A stretch of DNA of 13,505 bases, taken from assembly GCA_964244895.1 (NCBI GenBank), contig CAXTKV010000027.1, forward strand, positions 22,769-36,273. The letters run 5' to 3'. The translations under genes were made by a program, and so were the position numbers. The DNA comes from an uncultured Deinococcales bacterium. GTDB lineage: Bacteria; Deinococcota; Deinococci; Deinococcales; JAAFIG01. The notes beneath the pieces are model-generated. The model saw nothing but the letters and a program-made list of their open reading frames with translations. It had not been told where the DNA came from and did not search any database. Below, in pieces: positions 7,235 to 13,505 of this stretch. Numbering within the stretch: position 1 is the stretch's first letter; every line of letters begins with the position of its first letter.

Positions 7235-7371
7235 GCGATTGACCTCCAGGGCGCTTCTCTCGAGCTGCGGTCTTCGGGAACAGCGTCCGCAGTCCGCCAT
7301 CCTGGATTCTCGGGAATGCCGTGCTGAGCGGTGAGTAATCCCCACGGTGCTTCGGTATTCGCGATTTTCAC
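7222..7371 (-). CDS. Putative 49-aa small protein MKIANTEAPWGLLTAQHGIPENPGWRTADAVPEDRSSREAPWRSIACTR
   Basis: Below the ORF-track cutoff. Strong SD GAGGAGG (7378-7384) 6 nt before GTG 7371. The stop overlaps an in-frame SMR ATG as TGATG. It lies just downstream of a -10 box. Confidence 0.5.
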   Translation of the reverse strand: MKIANTEAPWGLLTAQHGIPENPGWRTADAVPEDRSSREAPWRSIACTR

Positions 7372-7407
7372 GTTGCGCCTCCTCGAGCCTCATTCCGGCT
7401 CAGGCTG

Positions 7408-7440
7408 AGGCTAGTGTCATCGGCGTGACTGGGGCGTGAC
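7408..7440 (-). promoter_or_regulatory. SARP/AfsR-type activator site plus -10 box
   Basis: Minus strand reads GTCACGCC-cca-GTCACGCC-gatgacac-TAGCCT. This is a perfect 8-nt direct repeat with an 11-bp period (7433-7440, 7422-7429) ending 8 nt before TAGCCT (7408-7413). The divergent neighbour encodes a wHTH-BTAD regulator. Confidence 0.65.
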
Positions 7441-7463
7441 AGCGCCGAAGAACCGAGGCGAAT

Positions 7464-7518
7464 GCACCGTCCGGGACGCGAGGGCGCTGCCTCAAAAAAC
7501 ACCGTGCTAGACGGTGCT
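7464..7518. repeat. Intergenic repeat doublet (REP/REPIN-like)
   Basis: GCACCGTCCGGGACG (7464-7478) and the inverted CGTGCTAGACGGTGC (7503-7517) match at 12/15. The right copy is the palindrome CACCGT-GCTAG-ACGGTG. Confidence 0.75.
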
Positions 7519-7601
7519 CCTGATGCTTTGAGGGCGTCTCGTCTGACGATTTCAGGTGATTTCATGGTTCTGCCGCTATTCTGAAACCACAGGAGGCGAG
7601 C

Positions 7602-10600
7602 GTGCGCCACGAGGCCATCACCGCCATCGCCGGAACACTGAAACCCGTCGTCTCGAGACGCGCCGGTCGGGCGGTCTGCATCTGGGGCGAACCCGGCATC
7701 GGCAAGACGCACGCGGCACAGCAGGTGCTGCGCGAGGTGCCGTGCCAGAGCCTGAGCCTGCACGCGACCGCCACGGAAGCCGCCATCGCCGCTGCCGTGG
7801 CGCGCCCCAAGCGCCTGCCCGCTTGGGCCGAGACGCAACTCGATCGCGCCGCGCGAGGCGAACCCGTGGATGCGCGCGCTTTCGCGGACGCGCTGGCCGC
7901 GACCCTGGCGGGCATTGGACCGTTCGTGCTGCACCTCGAAGACCTGCACGAAGCCAGCCCGGAACGGCTGGTCATGATCCAGCATCTGGCGCGCGCCGTG
8001 GTGCGCAGCCGAGGCGTCGGTTTGCTGGTGACCAGCCGCGGCCAACCGCAGCAACCGTTCACCGGCCACCACCTGGAACCGTTGGACGAACCCGAAACGA
8101 CCGCCCTGCTCGAACGCGAGATCGGCGCGAACCTGCCCCAGGACGGCCTCGGCTGGATTCAATCGCGCACCACGGGCAACCCGCTGTTCGCGCTCGAGTT
8201 CGCGCGCTACCTGACGCGCCAGGGCTTCTTGTGGTCGGACGGCAAACGCTGGAACTGGCGCACCCCGCCCGAGGGTTTCGTTCCCGTCACCGTCGAAGCG
8301 CTGATCTCGCAGCTCGTCTCAGGTTTTGCCGACGAACCCGAGACGCTTCGCGCCATCGAGGCGCGAGCCCTCCTGCCGCGCGAGCTGAGCCTCGATACAT
8401 GGGCGGTGGTGGCGGCGATCAAAGGAGCGAGTTTTGAATCGGTGTTGGTCTCGCTCGAACACGGCGGAATCGTGCAGGACGGGATGTTCACTCATCCCTT
8501 GATCGCGGAAGTCGTGGCCCGAGAAATTCCCGGCGCGCGCAGGCGCGAGTACGCGATCCGCGCCCTGCGGGTCTTTGAAACCAGCGATCCGGTGCTGGTG
8601 GCGGCTTACATCGACGACGCGAACCTGACCGCGACGGAGGCCGTCCTACGGCTCGAGCGGGCGGCTCGAGCGTTGGTGCGCGACCCGCACCGCGCGGCGC
8701 AACTGCTGGGGCGGGCGGCGGAACGCGCCAGCGGCGAGCATCGCGCCAACCTGGCGCTCGAGGCTGCACGCCTGCTGCTCGACCGCGACGTGCCCGAAGC
8801 CGAACGCCTGGCGAGGATCGCGATGGCATTTCCGGCCTCGCACCGCGAAGCTGCGTTCGTGTGCATCGCGGCGCTGCTGCGCGTGGGTCGCACCAGAGAA
8901 GCCTGGCAAGTGCTCGAAGCGCTGCCGGACGACGACCGCGTCGGGCTCGAGGGCTGGCAGATGCTGATTCGGATTCGGGCCTCGTCGGAACGCAACCGCG
9001 ATGTCGTGAAGCTCTGGGATGAACGACCTGAATTTCACGCGCTCGCCTCGGTCGCGTGCCTGTACGACGCGATCAGCGCGTTGGTGGACCTGAACGAGAT
9101 GGATCGGGCGAACGCGCTGATTGACGATGCGCTCGCGCGGCTCGACCTCGACGCTCGAGCAAGGGCGCGAATCTTCGACCGACGCAACGCGATTCTTTAC
9201 CGGGAAGCCAGATACGCCCAGGTCGAACGGAACCTGACGGCCTCGCTCGAATGGCTCGACGAGAACGCGTACCCGTGGGATTGCGTCGGCTATTACGCCA
9301 ACCGATCCAACGCGCGATCCAGGCTGAACAAGAACGCGGAGGCCAGAGCCGACGCCGAGCGCGCCTGCAAGTTGCACCTCGCGACTGGCGCGTTGACGGG
9401 TTACGCCAACTTGCTGACCAAACTTTCCCTGGCTCAGATTTACCTGTCCGAATACGAGCAGGCCGAACAGAACCTGCTCGAGGCCACTTCGCTGGCGCAG
9501 TACCACGATCCCAAGAAACTCTGGGATTGCTACGGCCACCTGAGTTTCTTGTACCTGCGCTGGAACCCACCGCACGGCGTGACGCTCGCGCGGCGTTACG
9601 CCCACCTGGCGCTCGAGGAAGCCAGAACCCTCGAGCGCGACGACGCGATCGTCAGCGCGCTCGAGGATTGCGTCCGCGCCGAAATGAACGCCAGCGCGCC
9701 CGGAGCCGCGTTGGTGTACGCTCAGGAACTCGGGCGAATTGCGCAGCGAACCGGCCTGGAAGAAGACCTGACCGCCAGCGCCTTTCATCTGGGTCAGGTC
9801 AACGCGGCGCTCGGCAACCGCGAGGCCGCATTCATGAACCTGCGTCGCGCCGCTGAACTCTACGAGGCGCACGGCAACACGGCGGAAGCCTTAAACGCGG
9901 AGCTCCTGATCGACCGACTGACCGGTGACCTGGAGGCCGCGCGGCGCAAGCTCATCTGGTTCGAGGCGCACGCCAACCCGATTTACGCGCGGCGCGTCCG
10001 CGAGTTCTTCCCGCAACTCGGACTGGCTCCGGTTCCACCCGCCGAGCGCGTCGCGTCGGCGCGCATCAGCGTGCTGGGATCGGTCGGGCTCGAACGCGAT
10101 GGTCGAGCGGTGACCTATCGCGGTCGCAAGCGCACCGAAATCCTGGCGCTGCTCTTGGAGGCCCGCATCGCTGGACGTTTGGAGGTCAGCGCGCTGGACA
10201 TGGTTGACGCGCTTTACCCCGACGATCCCGAAGTCGAAGCCCGGAATACGCTCAAGCAGCAGGTCTACTTGATTCGCACCAGTCTGGGTGCGGAAAGTAT
10301 CACCAGCACCCCGAACGGTTACGCGCTGGGCGCGGTCTCGAGCGACGCGGAGGATTTCCTGAACGCGGGCGATAGCCGCTTGTGGCGCGGCGCGTACCTG
10401 GAAGGCTTGGGCGAGGGCTGGTTCCTGAGCGTGCGCGAGGCGATCTGGGCGGCCCTGCGATCCAGCATCGAGGCCGCGCTCGGGTCGGACGCGTCCGAGG
10501 CGGCGCGGCTGGGTCAGATCCTGTGCGAGATGGAACCTTACGATCCCACCGCGCTCCGGCTGGCGGTCCGGGCGCTTGAAGCCTGCGGGGATCAACACGC

Positions 10601-10700
10601 TGCGCGCAGGCTTTATCTGAACGGGCGCGCGCGGTTGCTCGAGGTCAGCGAATCCTTACCCGATTCGTTGGTCGATTTCCTGGCGGTCGTTCCAGCCTGA
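7602..10700 (+). CDS. Large ATP-dependent transcriptional regulator: N-terminal STAND-like P-loop ATPase, central TPR-like helical region, C-terminal OmpR-type wHTH + BTAD (SARP module)
   Basis: AGGAGG SD at 7591-7596 and TATTCT at 7577-7582. Walker A GEPGIGKT, Walker B FVLHLEDLH, LLVTSR, TGNPLFALE and FTHPLIAEV. The C-terminus has ISVLGSV...LALLL...DALYPD...ARNTLKQQVYLIRTSLG...GYAL...DAEDF...LWRGAYLEG...EPYD; 1032 aa. Confidence 0.92.
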   Translation: MRHEAITAIAGTLKPVVSRRAGRAVCIWGEPGIGKTHAAQQVLREVPCQSLSLHATATEAAIAAAVARPKRLPAWAETQLDRAARGEPVDARAFADALAATLAGIGPFVLHLEDLHEASPERLVMIQHLARAVVRSRGVGLLVTSRGQPQQPFTGHHLEPLDEPETTALLEREIGANLPQDGLGWIQSRTTGNPLFALEFARYLTRQGFLWSDGKRWNWRTPPEGFVPVTVEALISQLVSGFADEPETLRAIEARALLPRELSLDTWAVVAAIKGASFESVLVSLEHGGIVQDGMFTHPLIAEVVAREIPGARRREYAIRALRVFETSDPVLVAAYIDDANLTATEAVLRLERAARALVRDPHRAAQLLGRAAERASGEHRANLALEAARLLLDRDVPEAERLARIAMAFPASHREAAFVCIAALLRVGRTREAWQVLEALPDDDRVGLEGWQMLIRIRASSERNRDVVKLWDERPEFHALASVACLYDAISALVDLNEMDRANALIDDALARLDLDARARARIFDRRNAILYREARYAQVERNLTASLEWLDENAYPWDCVGYYANRSNARSRLNKNAEARADAERACKLHLATGALTGYANLLTKLSLAQIYLSEYEQAEQNLLEATSLAQYHDPKKLWDCYGHLSFLYLRWNPPHGVTLARRYAHLALEEARTLERDDAIVSALEDCVRAEMNASAPGAALVYAQELGRIAQRTGLEEDLTASAFHLGQVNAALGNREAAFMNLRRAAELYEAHGNTAEALNAELLIDRLTGDLEAARRKLIWFEAHANPIYARRVREFFPQLGLAPVPPAERVASARISVLGSVGLERDGRAVTYRGRKRTEILALLLEARIAGRLEVSALDMVDALYPDDPEVEARNTLKQQVYLIRTSLGAESITSTPNGYALGAVSSDAEDFLNAGDSRLWRGAYLEGLGEGWFLSVREAIWAALRSSIEAALGSDASEAARLGQILCEMEPYDPTALRLAVRALEACGDQHAARRLYLNGRARLLEVSESLPDSLVDFLAVVPA

Positions 10701-10710
10701 ACTGTACCCA

Positions 10711-10768
10711 AGAAACACCGTCCAGGACGCGAATCTGCTCTTTTCAAGAAATGCGTGCTGGACAGTAT
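10711..10768. repeat. Intergenic repeat doublet between the two regulator paralogs
   Basis: ACACCGTCCAGGACGC (10715-10730) and the inverted GCGTGCTGGACAGTAT (10753-10768) match at 13/16. Confidence 0.75.
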
Positions 10769-10795
10769 CCAATAAGGTTATTCAAAGGATTGAGC

Positions 10796-13505
10796 GTGCG
10801 TGACGAGATCATCAGGGGTATTGCGCGGCAACTGAACGTGATCGTCTCCAGACGCGTCGGGCAGGCGGTGGGTTTGTGGGGCGAACCCGGCATCGGCAAG
10901 ACGCACGCAGCACAGCAGGTGCTGCGCGAGGTGACGTGTCCGAACCTGAGTCTGCACGCCACCGCACCCGAGGCGGTCATCGCTCGCGCCTTGCCCAGAC
11001 CCAAGCGATTGCCCGTCTGGGTACAGACGCAACTCGAGCGCGCCGCGCGCGGCGAACCTGTGGAGGCGCGCGCCTTCGCCGATGCGCTGGCCGCGACGAT
11101 GGCGGGTTTCGCACCGTTCGTGTTGCATTTTGAAGATCTGCACGAGGCCAACCCGGAACAACTCGAGATGATCGTGTCGCTCGCGCGCGCCGCGACGCGC
11201 ACCTGCGGCGTGGGCCTGATCGTCACCAGCCGCGCGGAACTTCCTGAGCCTTTCAGAAACCATCACCTGGAACCATTGGGTCAACCCGAAACGACGGCGC
11301 TGCTCGAACGCGAGATGGGCGCAACCTTGCCCCCGGATGGGCTCGGGTGGATTCAGGCGCGCACGATGGGCAACCCGTTGTTCGCGCTCGAGTTCGCGCG
11401 CTACCTGACGCGCCAGGGCTTCCTGTGGTCGGACGGCAAACGCTGGAACTGGCGCGCGCCACCGGAGCATTTTGTCCCCGTGACCATCGAAGCGATGATT
11501 TCGCAACTCGTCTCGAGCCAGGCCGCGACCGCGGAGGCCCGAGCGGTGCTCGAGGCGCGAGCGATCCTGCCCACCGAATGTGCGGACGATGGCGTCTGGC
11601 AGGCCGTGGCTGGCCTGCCGCCCGAGAACTTCGACCGCGCCCGCGCGGGACTCGAGGAGGCGGGCCTGCTGTCCGCCGACGGGTTCATGCACCCTCTGAT
11701 CGGCGAGGTGGTGGCGCGCGAGTTGCCCAATGTGCGGCGGCGCGCGTACTCGCGCCGAGCCATCGTTGCGCTCGAGGAGGCCGCGCCCGAACTGGCCGAA
11801 AGATTCATGCGCGACGCTGGACTGAGCGACCCTGAAGCCCTCGACATGCTCGAGCGCGCCGTGCATCGCGCTCAAGAACATGACCGGGCGCGCGCCGCGC
11901 GCCTGCAAGGGCTGGCGGTCGAATACGCCTCTGGAACTGAACGCGCTCGGCTGGCGCTCGAGGCCGAGAAAGCCCTCCAGGTGACCGGTGATTACCGCGC
12001 GCGCGAACGGCTCGCCCGTTGCGCTTTCGAGGCGCAACCCGAGAACCGCGAGGCGCGCTATGCGCTCGGGAACGTCCTCGCGCTGATGGGCCACAGCGAG
12101 CAGGTGGAAAAGCTACTGGCCGGACTCTCGCAGACCGAGCGCTCCGAACTGCGCTGGGTCGATATGCGCTTTCGCGCTCAGGCGCACGCTCAGCTCGCCG
12201 AGGACGCCCTGGCCACCTGGCGCGAACATCCCGAACTCGCCGAGCAACCCGAGGGCCCGAGCATCAATACCGCGATTCAAGCCTATTGCGATCTGGGCGA
12301 TCTCGTTCGTGCCGAAGACCTGACCCTTCGCTCGCTCGAACGGCCCGACCTGAGCCTGCAAAACCGTGGGTTGATCGTCAACTCGCTGGCGTTCATCCGG
12401 TGCATCCAGGGTCGCTACCCCGAAGCCCAGCACCTCTACGATCAAAGCATCGCACTGCAACGCCAGGATGGTCAGATCGTGATTCTCGCTTCCGGGTTGT
12501 ACGGGCGCGCGATCAACCTGGAACGGCTGGGACGGCTCGAGCAGGCGCGCCTCGATCTGACCGAAGCGATTGGACTCTACGACCGGACGGGCAACGTCCG
12601 GGAGTCGGCCAACGCCCGCACTTTTTGCGGGTACCTGCTGATGCGGCTCGGTGATTTCTTGCAGGCTGAAAACGTTCTGCTCGAAGCCCACGAGATGAAC
12701 GCGCGCTTCGGCGTGACCATCAACCGCATCATCTGTGAGCGCGAACTGGGGCGGCTTTACGCCGAATGGCGACCGCTGCACGGGGCGGCGCTGGCCCTCA
12801 AATTCGCGCGGGATGCGCTCAACCACATGCGGGACGCTGGAAGCTCGCAACTCGCCGCGTCCGTCCTCAGCGCCGCAGCGGGCGTGGCTGCCTGGCAGGG
12901 CGATGGCCCCGGAGCGCTGGCGTTCGTCGAGGAGGCGCTGACCACCCTCGGCGAGGATTCCATCGAGGATCGGTACGATTGCACGGTCGCCCTGGCCCGC
13001 GCGCTCGAGGCGAACGCCGATCCCGTCCGGTCGCTCGAGCGCTGGCGCGAAGCGCACGTCCAGGCCGAGGGTCTCGGCTTGCAGGTCGAGATGCGCGAGA
13101 CGGAACTCGAGATCGCGCGGCTCGAGCGCGATCCCGAACGGGGCCGTGCGCTGCTCGAGTGGTTCGAGCCGCGCGGTTTCGGTGCAGCCGCGATCCGGGC
13201 GCACCGTTACTTCCCGGTCGTCGAGGCCGTTCCGACACCATCCGCAGCCTCCAGGCTCAGCGTGCTCGGCGCTCTCAGGCTCGAGCGAGACCGTCAGCCC
13301 GTGCCGACGCGCGCGCGCAAGCGCCTCGAGATCATCGCGTATCTCTTGGAAACCCGCATCGCGGGCCGAACCGAGGCGAGCGCGCTCGACATGGTGGACG
13401 CCCTGTACCCCGACGATCCCGAAGTCGAAGCCCGGAATACGCTCAAGCAACAGGTCTACTTGATTCGCACCAGTCTGGGTGCGGAAAGTATCACCAGCAC
13501 CCCGA
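10796..13505 (+). CDS. Second, tandem paralogous ATPase-TPR-wHTH regulator (BTAD expected beyond the window edge; 3' end outside the window)
   Basis: Not in the ORF track because it has no stop in the window. AAAGGA at 10784-10789, GTG 10796. Reads MRDEIIRGIARQLNVIVSRRVGQAVGLWGEPGIGKTHAAQQVLREV...VLHFEDLHEA...GNPLFALEFARYLTRQGFLWSDGKRWNWR and is still in frame at LDMVDALYPDDPEVEARNTLKQQVYLIRTSLG. Confidence 0.92.
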   Translation, partial: MRDEIIRGIARQLNVIVSRRVGQAVGLWGEPGIGKTHAAQQVLREVTCPNLSLHATAPEAVIARALPRPKRLPVWVQTQLERAARGEPVEARAFADALAATMAGFAPFVLHFEDLHEANPEQLEMIVSLARAATRTCGVGLIVTSRAELPEPFRNHHLEPLGQPETTALLEREMGATLPPDGLGWIQARTMGNPLFALEFARYLTRQGFLWSDGKRWNWRAPPEHFVPVTIEAMISQLVSSQAATAEARAVLEARAILPTECADDGVWQAVAGLPPENFDRARAGLEEAGLLSADGFMHPLIGEVVARELPNVRRRAYSRRAIVALEEAAPELAERFMRDAGLSDPEALDMLERAVHRAQEHDRARAARLQGLAVEYASGTERARLALEAEKALQVTGDYRARERLARCAFEAQPENREARYALGNVLALMGHSEQVEKLLAGLSQTERSELRWVDMRFRAQAHAQLAEDALATWREHPELAEQPEGPSINTAIQAYCDLGDLVRAEDLTLRSLERPDLSLQNRGLIVNSLAFIRCIQGRYPEAQHLYDQSIALQRQDGQIVILASGLYGRAINLERLGRLEQARLDLTEAIGLYDRTGNVRESANARTFCGYLLMRLGDFLQAENVLLEAHEMNARFGVTINRIICERELGRLYAEWRPLHGAALALKFARDALNHMRDAGSSQLAASVLSAAAGVAAWQGDGPGALAFVEEALTTLGEDSIEDRYDCTVALARALEANADPVRSLERWREAHVQAEGLGLQVEMRETELEIARLERDPERGRALLEWFEPRGFGAAAIRAHRYFPVVEAVPTPSAASRLSVLGALRLERDRQPVPTRARKRLEIIAYLLETRIAGRTEASALDMVDALYPDDPEVEARNTLKQQVYLIRTSLGAESITSTP

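Noticed and set aside
5116..7393. Extended ORF-track starts at 5116, 5772 and 7393
   Set aside because: The 5116 and 5772 extensions overlap upstream genes, the 7393 extension overlaps the 49-codon ORF, and all are Arg-rich off-frame-looking sequence. Stop/start overlaps or SDs support 5530, 6228 and 7234.
7235..7440. Guanidine riboswitch upstream of the SMR gene (also sought before the B3/4 operon)
   Set aside because: I could see no paired ACGR-loop hairpins or ykkC-type core. The SMR also lacks the Gdx TM1 glutamate, and the paiB operon appears leaderless.
1248..10768. CRISPR array interpretation of the ACCGTCCAGCACGGT repeats
   Set aside because: Copies are dispersed, degenerate and mostly inverted pairs. 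They are not direct repeats at regular spacing, and no cas genes are present.
8646..13450. Long minus-strand ORFs (8646..9872, 9891..10598, 10778..12094, 12113..13450)
   Set aside because: They are antisense shadows of the two motif-bearing regulators, as expected in high-GC coding DNA, and carry no recognisable motifs.
7602..13505. Avs-type antiphage STAND defence system
   Set aside because: No nuclease, TIR, SIR2 or protease effector is visible. The output domain is a wHTH-BTAD transcription module, so a direct defence role is not supported.

Overview
GC-rich bacterial window. It is probably Deinococcota: three genes have a TANNNT -10 box 5-6 nt before the start codon (leaderless style), and CTCGAG is strongly over-represented. 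Left to right it holds a truncated secreted protein (-), a ~720-bp hairpin-rich spacer, a large uncharacterised lipoprotein (-), an SDR oxidoreductase (+), a Tat-exported protein (+), a translationally coupled PaiB-family / stand-alone B3/4 / GNAT operon (+), and a convergent atypical SMR transporter preceded by an unlisted 49-codon ORF (-). It ends with two tandem paralogous large regulators (P-loop ATPase + TPR-like region + C-terminal wHTH/BTAD); the first is 1032 aa and the second is cut by the window edge. Main signals: (1) the paralogs have near-identical DNA in an ATPase-adjacent block and the DNA-binding helix but a strongly diverged central region, and they lie divergent from a promoter with SARP-like direct repeats that drives the small ORF plus an SMR lacking the EmrE Glu14; (2) a REP/REPIN-like palindrome, ACACCGTCCAGCACGGTGT, occurs as a doublet in all seven intergenic gaps; (3) about 60 CTCGAG sites. 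All calls come from reading the sequence and recalled family motifs; no searches were run.
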